From: an uncultured Oscillospiraceae bacterium
GTDB taxonomy: Bacteria; Bacillota; Clostridia; Oscillospirales; Acutalibacteraceae
DNA length: 57,759 nucleotides
Assembly (NCBI GenBank): GCA_902478455.1
Contig: CABSLJ010000001.1
Coordinates: 1 to 57,759 of the forward strand
Direction of reading: 5' to 3'
Shown here: piece after piece, positions 35,647 through 44,318 of the stretch
How the letters are laid out: every line of letters begins with the position of its first letter
Numbering within the stretch: the first letter of the stretch is position 1
The notes under the pieces: generated by a model
Database searches by the model: none
The model's input: the letters and a program-made list of their open reading frames with translations, nothing else
What the model was told of the DNA's origin: nothing
Program-made: the position numbers and the translations under genes

Positions 35647-36924
35647 TTACTGAATTTTATCCTTCCCGCCCATATACATCCGCAGCGGCTGCGGGATGGC
35701 GATGGAGCCGTCGGCCTGAAGGTTGTTCTCCAGAAAGGCGATCAGCATTCTCGGCGGGGCGACCACGGTGTTGTTGAGGGTGTGGGGGAAGTAGTTCCCC
35801 TTTTCGCCCCTGACGCGGATGCCCAGCCTTCTCGCCTGGGCGTCTCCCAGATTGGAGCAGGAGCCCACCTCGAAGTACTTCTGCTGCCTGGGGGACCAGG
35901 CCTCCACATCGATGCTCTTGACCTTGAGGTCGGCGAGGTCGCCCGAGCAGCACTCGAGCGTGCGCACGGGGATATCAAGCGAACGGAAGAAGTCGACCGT
36001 ATGATGGTAGAGCTTGTGGAACCACTCCATGCTCTCCTCGGGTTTGCAGACGACCACCATCTCCTGCTTTTCAAACTGATGGATGCGGTAGACGCCGCGC
36101 TCCTCAATCCCGTGCGCGCCGACCTCCTTGCGGAAGCAGGGGGAGTAGCTGGTCAGCGCCTGAGGCAGCTCTTCCTCTTTTAAGATGGTGTCGATGAACT
36201 TGCCGATCATCGAATGCTCGCTCGTGCCCACAAGATAGAGGTCTTCCCCCTCGATCTTATACATCATGTTTTCCATCTCAGAAAAGCTCATCACGCCGGT
36301 CACGACGTCGCTGCGGATCATGTAGGGGGGGATGTAGTAGGTGAAGCCGCGGTCGATCATGAAATCCCGCGCATAAGAGAGAATACCCGAATGCAGACGG
36401 GCGATATCTCCCTTGAGGTAGTAAAAGCCGTTGCCGCTGGTTTTGCGGGCGCTGTCCAGGTCGATGCCGTTGAGGCGCTCCATGATGTCGACATGATAGG
36501 GCACCTCAAAGGCGGGCACCGCCGGCTCGCCGAAGCGCTCAACCTCCACGTTTTCGCTGTCGTCCCGGCCGATGGGCACCGAACCGTCGATCAGGTTGGG
36601 TATGACCAGCATCCGCTCACGGATTTTGGCGCTGAGCTCGTCCTCGAGCACCTCCAGGTCGACGAGCTGCTGGCCGATCTCGGTGCTCTGCGCCTTGGCC
36701 GCCTCGGCCTCCTCCTTCTGGCCCTTGGCCATCAGAGCGCCGATCTGCTTGCTGACAACCTTGCGCTGGTTGCGCAGCGAATCCCCCTTGGCCTTTGCCT
36801 CGCGGAACTGCTTGTCCAGCTCGACGACCTCGTCGACGAGGGGGAGCTTGTCGTCCTGGAATTTTTTCCGGATGTTTTCTTTGATGCATTCCGGGCTTGT
36901 GCGGAACAGTGCGATGTCCAACAT
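35647..36924 (-). CDS. serS: seryl-tRNA synthetase
   Basis: The start MLDIALFR at 36924 follows GGAGG. It has an N-terminal coiled-coil arm and class II motifs (CFRKEVGAHG; FEKQEMVV; GSCSNLGDAQARR). The ORF extension to 37092 overlaps the T-box leader and is rejected. Confidence 0.95.
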   Translation of the reverse strand: MLDIALFRTSPECIKENIRKKFQDDKLPLVDEVVELDKQFREAKAKGDSLRNQRKVVSKQIGALMAKGQKEEAEAAKAQSTEIGQQLVDLEVLEDELSAKIRERMLVIPNLIDGSVPIGRDDSENVEVERFGEPAVPAFEVPYHVDIMERLNGIDLDSARKTSGNGFYYLKGDIARLHSGILSYARDFMIDRGFTYYIPPYMIRSDVVTGVMSFSEMENMMYKIEGEDLYLVGTSEHSMIGKFIDTILKEEELPQALTSYSPCFRKEVGAHGIEERGVYRIHQFEKQEMVVVCKPEESMEWFHKLYHHTVDFFRSLDIPVRTLECCSGDLADLKVKSIDVEAWSPRQQKYFEVGSCSNLGDAQARRLGIRVRGEKGNYFPHTLNNTVVAPPRMLIAFLENNLQADGSIAIPQPLRMYMGGKDKIQ

Positions 36925-36939
36925 ACTGATTGCCTCCTG

Positions 36940-37268
36940 CTTGTTTGAAGTGATGTCTGGAATAAAAAAAGAATCCTCCATCCCCTTCTGTTTGGGACGA
37001 AAGATTCCGTGTTGCCACCCAATTTGCCGGAGCTGACTGCAGCCCGGCCACTCAAAGGTGCGGTAAAGGGCACCGGCCTTCCGGCTCATCACCGGCCGCT
37101 CAAAGGGTGGAACAGCCCTGCCCGCCGCCGGTTCGCACCATCCACCGGCTCTCTGAAGGCGCGCTTGGGGCCTTAGCCCTTTTCCAACGCGTTTGCCTGT
37201 TTGCTTCTGTGATCGAATATCCCGGGAAAGGGGAAATCCGGCTTCCCGGAGCGGGAAGCGCTCTTTGC
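36940..37268 (-). promoter_or_regulatory. T-box riboswitch leader of serS
   Basis: On the minus strand, the T-box sequence AAATTGGGTGGCAACACGG lies at 37028-37008. It is followed by the terminator GGAATCTTTCGTCCC...GGGGATGGAGGATTC plus a T-run. AGAGAG and GGTGG stem-I elements are upstream. The promoter is TTGCAA (37303-37298), 17 nt, TACAAT (37280-37275). A UCC-A triplet at 37111-37108 is a candidate Ser specifier. Confidence 0.85.
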
Positions 37269-37521
37269 TTCTCTATTGTATACCATTATCGCCCGGCTTG
37301 CAAGAAAAAATGCGGCGGGAATCCATGTTTTACTGAAAAAGTACAGGATTGGCAGGTTCCACTGTTCTTCCGGGAAAGACCGTTTCCCCGGTGCGGTGAG
37401 TCCTTTGCAGACATGATTTGCCGGTCTTTACAAAAAAGAAATCTGACCTGTCTATCATAGAGTCTGAAACAAATACGGGCAGAATGGATAAAAAGAAACG
37501 GCTTTTTGCAAAAACAAATGA

Positions 37522-37720
37522 TTGACAAACCGCCGGCCCCGGTTTAAACTGAAACTATCCTGAATAAGTGGTGGAGTCTGTCATAGGGCGCGATATGTGC
37601 TCTATTTATTCATGGTGTTTCACAAAAGATGGAGGAATCGCACTCGATTTTTCGATTGGATCCCTGACTTTTATGAAGACAAGGGCAGAACTTCGTTTGG
37701 AGGTTCTGCTTTTTTATTTT
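37522..37720 (+). promoter_or_regulatory. hppA promoter and structured leader ending in an intrinsic terminator
   Basis: TTGACA (37522-37527), 17 nt, TAAACT (37545-37550). The hairpin GCAGAAC (37685-37691) / GTTCTGC (37703-37709) is followed by TTTTTTATTTT. It lies about 95 nt upstream of the hppA ATG. Confidence 0.6.
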
Positions 37721-37813
37721 CAGAAAGAATTTGTGGGCATTGGGATGAATCTGTCCGGAAGCCACCCTTTGTTTGGGAAATACGCAATTTGTCAGAAGGG
37801 ATTGGTCACGTTT

Positions 37814-39901
37814 ATGGAGCCCCAGCTTTCAATGTTCTATGCGCTCTCTTTCATCGCGGTCGCATTGGCGTTTGCCTTTGCCGTCTACCTGTATTTGTGG
37901 GTCAAGAGACAGCGGACGGAAAACGCCAAAATCAAAGAGGTATCCGCGCTGATCAAAGAGGGCGCAAATACTTTTATGCGCAGGGAATATAAAATTCTTG
38001 CGATTTTTGCCGGCGTGGCCGCTGTACTTATCTTTTTGTTTCTGCCCGCCCCTGTTTGGAAAGGCAAGATTCTGAGCAACTTATCCATGGCGCTCGCCTA
38101 TCTGGCCGGAACGGCTCTTTCCGCCGTGGCAGGTAAGATCGGCATTCTCGTCGCCACCTGCGCCAACTCCCGCGCCGCTGAGGGTGCGAAGCGCGGCATC
38201 AAGCCGGCATTTTTGATCGGTTTCCGCGGCGGCGCCGTGATGGGGCTGGCCGTGGTCGGTTTTTCCCTTTTGGGCGTAGCGGCGGTTTTGATGATCGTTG
38301 GAGATTCCACCATTCTCCTGGGTTTTTCATTCGGCGCAAGCTCTCTGGCCCTCTTTGCCAAGGCGGGCGGTGGTATCTTTACCAAAACGGCCGACATTTC
38401 CGCCGACCTGACGGGTAAGGTGGAGCTCGGCATCCCGGAGGATGACCCGCGCAATCCGGCCGTTATCGCCGATAATGTCGGCGATAACGTCGGCGACGTC
38501 GCCGGCATGGGCGCCGACCTGTTCGATTCCAACGTCGCAGCCATGGCCTCGGCGCTGGTCATCGCCCAGTCGCTTTCCGGCGGAAAATTTGCCAACGTCT
38601 CCATGGTGTTCTGCTATGCGGCGCTCGGACTGATCGCCTCCATCCTCGGCATCGCCGCCGCCCGCATCGGCAAAAAAGGCAACCCGACCAGAGCGCTCAA
38701 CTCCTCTACTTATATCACAACCGCCATTTTCATTGTGCTGACCGCGCTGGCGACGCTGCTGTTTGAAGGCTTCTCCTGGCGCATCTGGGGCGCTTCCGCC
38801 GTCGGCCTGCTGGTCGGCGTTATCATCGGCATCACGACCGACTATTTCACCGACGACTCCAAGCCCATTGTCCGGCGCGTGGCCCATGCTTCCAAATCCG
38901 GTCCGGCGTTTACCATTCTGTCCGGCGTTTCCTACGGCTTTGTCTCCGCTCTGCCCGCTATGGCCGGCATCGCTGTTTCGGCGCTGGTCGCTTATAAAAT
39001 CTGCGAGCCCATGGGCCCGGGCTACGCTATTTTCGGCATCTCCATGGCCGCCGTCGGCATGCTGTCCATCGTCGGCATGATCATCTCCAACGACGCCTAC
39101 GGCCCCATTGTGGACAATGCCCGTGGTCTGGCCGAGATGGGCGACCTCGGTGAGGAAACCATCCGTACAGCCGACGAGCTTGACAGCGCCGGCAACACGG
39201 TAAAGGCGGTCACCAAGGGCTTTTCTATCGGCGCCGCCGGCTTGACGGTCATCTCCCTGCTCGGCGCCTTCCTGTCCGAGGTCAACGTCGCTCTCATCGA
39301 GGCGGGAAAGCAGGCCATCACGGGTTTTGACATCATGAATCCCACCGTCTTCTTCGGCATCCTGATTGGCGCGGCCATTCCGGCGGTTTTCTCCGCCATG
39401 CTCATCCTCGGTGTGGACAAAAACGCCCAGCGCATGGTGGGGGAGATTCACCGCCAGTTTGATTCCATCCCCGGTCTGCGTGAGGGCAAGGCGGGCGTCA
39501 AGCCGGAATACGGCAAATGCATCGACATCGCCACGAGCGGCGCGCTCCGTGAGCTGATTCCGGCCGGACTGATGACCATTGTCGCCACGCTGATTGTCGG
39601 CTTTGTCGGCGGTCCGCTGGCCATCGGCGGCTTCCTGCTGGGCAATATTGTGACCGGTCTGCTCCTGGCGCTGTTTATGTCCAACGCGGGCGGCCTGTGG
39701 GACAATTCCAAAAAATATGTCGAATCGGGCAACGAGGGCGGCAAGGGCAGCGACGCCCACAAGTCGGCCGTTGTGGGAGACACGGTGGGCGATCCCTTCA
39801 AGGACACCGCCGGTCCGTCGATCAACACGCAGATTACGGTCGTCTCTTTGGTCGCGTCCCTGATGTCCTCTCTGTTTGTCGCCTTTTCCATCTTTGGTTA
39901 A
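37814..39901 (+). CDS. hppA: membrane-bound proton-translocating pyrophosphatase (K+-independent signature)
   Basis: The start is MEPQLSMFYAL. It has about 16 TM segments and the motifs GGGIFTKTADISADL, DNVGDNVGDVAGMGADLFDS and DTVGDPFKDTAGPS. GNTVKAVTKGF carries the Lys that marks K+-independent enzymes. The ORF extension 37568-37813 is rejected. Confidence 0.93.
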   Translation: MEPQLSMFYALSFIAVALAFAFAVYLYLWVKRQRTENAKIKEVSALIKEGANTFMRREYKILAIFAGVAAVLIFLFLPAPVWKGKILSNLSMALAYLAGTALSAVAGKIGILVATCANSRAAEGAKRGIKPAFLIGFRGGAVMGLAVVGFSLLGVAAVLMIVGDSTILLGFSFGASSLALFAKAGGGIFTKTADISADLTGKVELGIPEDDPRNPAVIADNVGDNVGDVAGMGADLFDSNVAAMASALVIAQSLSGGKFANVSMVFCYAALGLIASILGIAAARIGKKGNPTRALNSSTYITTAIFIVLTALATLLFEGFSWRIWGASAVGLLVGVIIGITTDYFTDDSKPIVRRVAHASKSGPAFTILSGVSYGFVSALPAMAGIAVSALVAYKICEPMGPGYAIFGISMAAVGMLSIVGMIISNDAYGPIVDNARGLAEMGDLGEETIRTADELDSAGNTVKAVTKGFSIGAAGLTVISLLGAFLSEVNVALIEAGKQAITGFDIMNPTVFFGILIGAAIPAVFSAMLILGVDKNAQRMVGEIHRQFDSIPGLREGKAGVKPEYGKCIDIATSGALRELIPAGLMTIVATLIVGFVGGPLAIGGFLLGNIVTGLLLALFMSNAGGLWDNSKKYVESGNEGGKGSDAHKSAVVGDTVGDPFKDTAGPSINTQITVVSLVASLMSSLFVAFSIFG

Positions 39902-40165
39902 GCGGACGCTTCTCTCGTAAATCAGATCATTACCTCTCTATCTCCCAATATGTAAAACCGGAAGGGGTTTGCCGTCAGGGTAGCCCCTCCGGCGGCGGGA
40001 ACAGGCAGGACGGAAGGACCTGCGGCTTTTTCCTGTTGCCCCCGGGCGCGCTGCAAGCTTTGCGGCGCGCCCTTTTTGATAGTCTGTTTCAGGTTACGGC
40101 GGGAGCGTGGGGCGGAGGAAAGGCCGCAGTTATCCAACGGAAAAAACGGCGGCTTTGGATTGCCG

Positions 40166-40194
40166 TTGCACACGGGGAAGGGAAGCGGTATAAT
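40166..40194 (+). promoter_or_regulatory. promoter of the nuclease-helicase gene
   Basis: TTGCAC (40166-40171), 17 nt, TATAAT (40189-40194). It lies about 34 nt upstream of the ATG at 40228. Confidence 0.55.
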
Positions 40195-40227
40195 GATACC
40201 GATAAAATTCGACATCGGAGGCAGCGT

Positions 40228-43200
40228 ATGACCATTGCCGACCTTCATATCCACTCCAAATACTCCCGCGCCACCAGCCGGGACTGTGACCTTGCGCACC
40301 TGGACCTGTGGGCGCGGCGCAAGGGCATTGGCCTGTTGGGCACGGGAGATTTCACCCATCCCGCCTGGCGCGCCGAACTTGCCGAGCAGCTTGTTCCGGC
40401 CGAGGAGGGGCTTTACACCCTGCGCGGAGACCTGCGCCTTCCCGCAGCGGTCGCGGGAGGGGAGGAACAGCCGCGCTTTGTCCTTTCGGGAGAGATCAGC
40501 TCCATCTACAAGAAAAACGGCCGTGTGCGCAAGGTGCACAACGTCATCCTGCTGCCGAGTCTGGAGGCGGCCGAGGAACTGTCCCACAAACTGGAAGCCA
40601 TCGGCAACATCCATTCGGACGGCCGCCCCATTTTGGGGCTCGACAGTCGCGACCTTCTGGAGATCACGCTGGAAAGCTGTCCTTCGGCCGTTTTCATCCC
40701 GGCCCACATCTGGACGCCCCATTTTTCCCTCTTCGGGGCCTTTTCCGGCTTTGACGCCATAGAGGAATGCTTTGAGGACCTCACGCCGCACATCCACGCC
40801 CTTGAGACCGGCCTTTCCTCCGACCCGCCCATGAACTGGCGGGTCTCCGCCCTGGACGGCTACACCCTCGTCTCCCATTCGGACGCCCATTCCCCGCAGA
40901 AGCTGGGGCGGGAGGCCGACCTTCTGGAGATAGACCTCTCCTATCCGGCCTTGGCCCGCGCCCTCGAAACAGGGGAGGGCTTTCTCGGGACGCTCGAGTT
41001 TTTCCCCGAGGAGGGCAAGTATCATCTCGACGGCCACCGCGCCTGCGGCCTTTGTATTCCCCCTTCGGAAACCGTGCGTCTGGGCGGAAAGTGTCCTGTC
41101 TGCGGCAAAAAAATCACCATCGGCGTGCAGCACCGCGTGGAGGAATTGGCCGACCGCGCGGAGGGCGTTTCCCGCCCCGGCGGCAAGCCCTTTGAGAGCA
41201 TTGTCCCCTTGCCGGAGGTCATCGCCAGCTCGACCGGCGCTTCCCCTACGGGCGTGCGCACGCTGGAAACCTACGCCCGCCTTCTGTCCGCACTCGGCAC
41301 GGAATTTACCATTCTGCGCGAGACCCCGCCTGAGGAGATCGAACGGGTCGCCGGTCCTTGTGTGGCCGAGGGCGTCCGCCGCCTGCGCCGCGGCCAGGTG
41401 GAGCGCGCGCCAGGCTATGACGGGGCCTATGGAACCATCACTCTGCTGAATCCTTATGAAATAGAAACCATCAACGGCCAGCTTTCCCTGTTCGGCATGC
41501 CGGCGGGGAAGCCCAAAAAGCCCGCGCGGCGGTCTGCGCCCAAAGCGAAGGACGCGCTGCCCAAAACGGCGGAGGAACCGAACGCCGCTGCAACTGAGCA
41601 GCTCAATCCCGAGCAGCGCGAGGCCGTGGAGGCGGTGGAGGAGGCCGTCGCCGTCGTGGCGGGGCCGGGAACCGGCAAAACGAAAACCCTCGTCGCCCGC
41701 ATCGCCTATCTTGTGGAACAGCGCGGGGCAACGCCGGAGAGCATTACGGCCGTCACCTTTACCAACCAGGCTGCGGCCGAGATGCGCGAACGCCTGGAGC
41801 AGCGTCTCGGCAGAAAGGGCGTGCGCGGCATGCAGATCGGCACCTTTCACTCCATCTGCCTGCGCCTGCTCGGAGATGTGACCCTCATCGGCGAGGCCGA
41901 CGCTCTCGACATCGCCGCCGGACTGCTCTCCTCCCGCGGCCTCAGAAGCACGCCGCGGGCCCTTGTGCAGGCCGTTTCCAGAGTCAAGAACGGCTGCTCC
42001 TGTGAGGCGGTCGGTCTGGAGGAGGAACTTTTCGAGGCTTATAACGCCGCCCTGCGCGGGGAAGGCGTCCTCGATTTTGACGATCTTCTTCTCCAAGCCC
42101 TCTCCTGTGCGCCGGAGGACAAGCGCGCTTTTACCCACTTGCTGGTGGATGAGTTCCAGGACATCAACGACGTGCAGTATGGCCTTGTGCGCGCGTGGAG
42201 CCGGGAAGGGGAGAGCCTCTTCGTCATCGGCGACCCCGACCAGTCCATCTACGGTTTCCGGGGAGCCGGAGGCCGCTGTTTCGAGCGGCTGAGGGCCGAC
42301 CTGCCCGGCCTGCGGGAAATTCGCCTGCTGCAGAACTACCGCTCCACGCCGGAAATCCTCAACTGCTCCCTTTCGGTCATCTCTCACAATCCGGGCGGCG
42401 CTCGCCTGCTGCATCCCAACCGTGGGTCGGACGCTCCTGTCCGCCTGTTGACCGCCGGGAGCGACTTTTCCGAGGCCATCTTCATCGCCAAGGAAATCGG
42501 CCGCATGGCCGGCGGCGTGGATATGGTGGAATCGGACGCCTCTCCCTCGGGGCGGACGGTCTTCCGCTCCTTTTCGGACATCGCCGTGCTCTGCCGCACC
42601 CACCGTCAGGCCGAGCTGATTGAAAAATGCCTCCGGCACGACAGCATCCCCTGCGTCGTCGCCGGCCGGGAGGATTTCCTTTCGAGCGACGAGGCGCGCG
42701 GCGCGCTCGGTTTCTTCCGCTTTCTGCTCGATGCGGGCGATCTGCCTTCCCTGCGGGCCGCGCTGAAGTTTTGTTGGGGCTGTCCCGCCGATCTGATCGA
42801 GCAGGCGGAAAGCCTCTGCCGGTCGGTGAGCGGTCCGTGTGATCCCGCCTCCCTTCGGGCGGCGCTGGGGGACCGGACGGCGCTTTTGCCCTGGATTTTG
42901 GCTGTGGAGGAATACACGCCCCTGGTCCGCAGGGAGAAGCCGCGCAAACTGCTCGAACGCTTCCTGGGGGAAAGGACGCCCTCAAAGCCGATGGAGCGTC
43001 TGTTGAATATGGCGGTCTTTCACGCGGACATGCCCTCCTTCCTGCAAAACCTGCTGCTGGGGCAGGAGGCCGACCTGCGCCGCGCGTCGGGCAAGGATTA
43101 CGCTTCGGGCGCGGTGCGCCTGATGACCCTGCACGGTTCTAAGGGACTCGAATTCCCCGTCGTCTTCCTGCCCGGCGTCAGGGCGGGGAACATCCCGCTG

Positions 43201-43404
43201 GAACGACCGGACCGCCCTGCCGATCAGGAGGAGGAACGCCGTCTGTTTTTCGTCGGCATGACCCGCGCTCGGGAGGAGCTGATTCTGCTGACCGCACCCG
43301 AGGGCTCGGCTTTCCTTGAGGAGCTTCCCGCCGAGGGCGTTGTGTCCGGCCCTATCTCCGACCACAAACGTCGGCCGGACGCCGAACAGATGAGCCTGTT
43401 TTAA
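40228..43404 (+). CDS. fusion protein: Endonuclease-Q-like PHP nuclease with zinc finger (N-terminal ~400 aa) plus UvrD/PcrA-type SF1 helicase (C-terminal ~610 aa)
   Basis: ATG 40228 follows GGAGGCAGCGT. The N-terminal part has MTIADLHIHSKYSRATS, HNVILLPS, PAHIWTPHFS, SHSDAHS and a Cys cluster HRACGLC...CPVCGKKITIGVQHRV. After a Lys/Pro/Ala linker come the helicase motifs GPGTGKTKT (Walker A), LLVDEFQDIN, VIGDPDQSIYGFRGA, LQNYRSTPEIL, TLHGSKGLEFPVVF and FFVGMTRAREEL. Confidence 0.8.
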   Translation: MTIADLHIHSKYSRATSRDCDLAHLDLWARRKGIGLLGTGDFTHPAWRAELAEQLVPAEEGLYTLRGDLRLPAAVAGGEEQPRFVLSGEISSIYKKNGRVRKVHNVILLPSLEAAEELSHKLEAIGNIHSDGRPILGLDSRDLLEITLESCPSAVFIPAHIWTPHFSLFGAFSGFDAIEECFEDLTPHIHALETGLSSDPPMNWRVSALDGYTLVSHSDAHSPQKLGREADLLEIDLSYPALARALETGEGFLGTLEFFPEEGKYHLDGHRACGLCIPPSETVRLGGKCPVCGKKITIGVQHRVEELADRAEGVSRPGGKPFESIVPLPEVIASSTGASPTGVRTLETYARLLSALGTEFTILRETPPEEIERVAGPCVAEGVRRLRRGQVERAPGYDGAYGTITLLNPYEIETINGQLSLFGMPAGKPKKPARRSAPKAKDALPKTAEEPNAAATEQLNPEQREAVEAVEEAVAVVAGPGTGKTKTLVARIAYLVEQRGATPESITAVTFTNQAAAEMRERLEQRLGRKGVRGMQIGTFHSICLRLLGDVTLIGEADALDIAAGLLSSRGLRSTPRALVQAVSRVKNGCSCEAVGLEEELFEAYNAALRGEGVLDFDDLLLQALSCAPEDKRAFTHLLVDEFQDINDVQYGLVRAWSREGESLFVIGDPDQSIYGFRGAGGRCFERLRADLPGLREIRLLQNYRSTPEILNCSLSVISHNPGGARLLHPNRGSDAPVRLLTAGSDFSEAIFIAKEIGRMAGGVDMVESDASPSGRTVFRSFSDIAVLCRTHRQAELIEKCLRHDSIPCVVAGREDFLSSDEARGALGFFRFLLDAGDLPSLRAALKFCWGCPADLIEQAESLCRSVSGPCDPASLRAALGDRTALLPWILAVEEYTPLVRREKPRKLLERFLGERTPSKPMERLLNMAVFHADMPSFLQNLLLGQEADLRRASGKDYASGAVRLMTLHGSKGLEFPVVFLPGVRAGNIPLERPDRPADQEEERRLFFVGMTRAREELILLTAPEGSAFLEELPAEGVVSGPISDHKRRPDAEQMSLF

Positions 43405-43428
43405 CAGCTGAAAAACCACAGGATAAAG

Positions 43429-43459
43429 AAAAACGGACGCGCCTGCGTCCGTTTTTTTA
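43429..43459 (+). terminator. intrinsic terminator after the nuclease-helicase gene
   Basis: AAAAACGGACGC-GCCT-GCGTCCGTTTTTTT. Confidence 0.85.
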
Positions 43460-43613
43460 TCCTGTATTTTGAGAGCAACCTCATTTCCGCCTGGTTTCGC
43501 GCCTTGTATGTTCCCGGCGCAGAGTGGGAAGGCCTCGCCGCAGGCACAATACCCTTCCCTTTGGAATATACTGGGGAGACGAAACTGTATTTTTACCTTG
43601 GGGGGAAAATAGG

Positions 43614-44300
43614 ATGGAACAACAATCGTTTCAGTCTATGGTGGACAGATATAAAGAAGATATGCTTCGTATGGCGCGCTCGGGCGCGGGAAAAAATCCA
43701 GCCGCGAGGCAGACGCTTGCACAGCAGCCCGTACAGCAAAACGAACAGCCCGCCGAACCGGAACCGCAGCCAATGACTCCGGCGCCGCAGATGGAGGAGC
43801 CGTCGGCGCCGCCTCCGGCTGTCTCCCGTGGGGACGGCCAGCTGACCGACCCGGAGCGCCAGTCGGCCTCCCAGATGGACAACGACGCGCCCGAGGTGCT
43901 GGATCAGTCGGTTCCGGAACCCATGACCTATCAGGAATTTCTGCGCCGCAACAGAAGCGTGGGAGAGCTGAAGATCGAAGCGTCGCTGGGGCAGGGAGCC
44001 GTCCCGATTGAAGGCGTCAGGATCACCGTGTACAAACGCTTTACCGACGGTCCCAGAAGGTTTTACACCTTGTGGACTGACTTCAGCGGCATGGTAAACG
44101 GTATTCTGCTGCCCGCGCCCGACCGGTCGCTCTCTGAGCGTCCGTCCAACCAACGTCCCTATGCCGTCTATGAGGTGTCGGCTGAGCATCCCGATTTTGA
44201 GCGAATGGTATTTCCCCAGACGCCGGTTTTTCCGGGCATCACATCGATTCAAAAAGTTCGTCTGGTGCCCAGCTCGGCTGCGCAGCAGCAAAACCAGTAG
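43614..44300 (+). CDS. hypothetical protein with a Pro/Gln/Glu-rich linker and a C-terminal beta-sandwich-like domain
   Basis: ATG 43614 (MEQQSFQSMVDRYKEDML) follows a G-rich RBS-like stretch (GGGGGGAAAATAGG). The middle third is low complexity. The C-terminal ~100 aa (GELKIEASLGQGAVPIEGVRITVYK...) resembles carboxypeptidase-regulatory-like folds. It is adjacent to a peptidoglycan-binding protein gene. Confidence 0.5.
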   Translation: MEQQSFQSMVDRYKEDMLRMARSGAGKNPAARQTLAQQPVQQNEQPAEPEPQPMTPAPQMEEPSAPPPAVSRGDGQLTDPERQSASQMDNDAPEVLDQSVPEPMTYQEFLRRNRSVGELKIEASLGQGAVPIEGVRITVYKRFTDGPRRFYTLWTDFSGMVNGILLPAPDRSLSERPSNQRPYAVYEVSAEHPDFERMVFPQTPVFPGITSIQKVRLVPSSAAQQQNQ

Positions 44301-44318
44301 AAGGGGGAGGGACAGTAT

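Noticed and set aside
35647-37092. Longer 481-aa form of serS starting at 37092.
   Set aside because: - The extra 56 codons overlap the T-box and terminator sequence.
- ATG 36924 has a GGAGG RBS and gives the canonical MLD..L.R N-terminus.
37568-37813. 82-aa upstream extension of the hppA ORF.
   Set aside because: - It would run through the leader's intrinsic terminator.
- The sequence is not PPase-like.
- The conserved first TM helix begins right after ATG 37814.
39697-40227. N-terminal 177-aa extension of the nuclease-helicase ORF, overlapping the 3' end of hppA.
   Set aside because: - The extension is Arg/Gly-rich nonsense and overlaps hppA coding sequence.
- A good promoter (40166-40194) and RBS precede ATG 40228.
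- The conserved PHP motif starts at residue 5 from that ATG.
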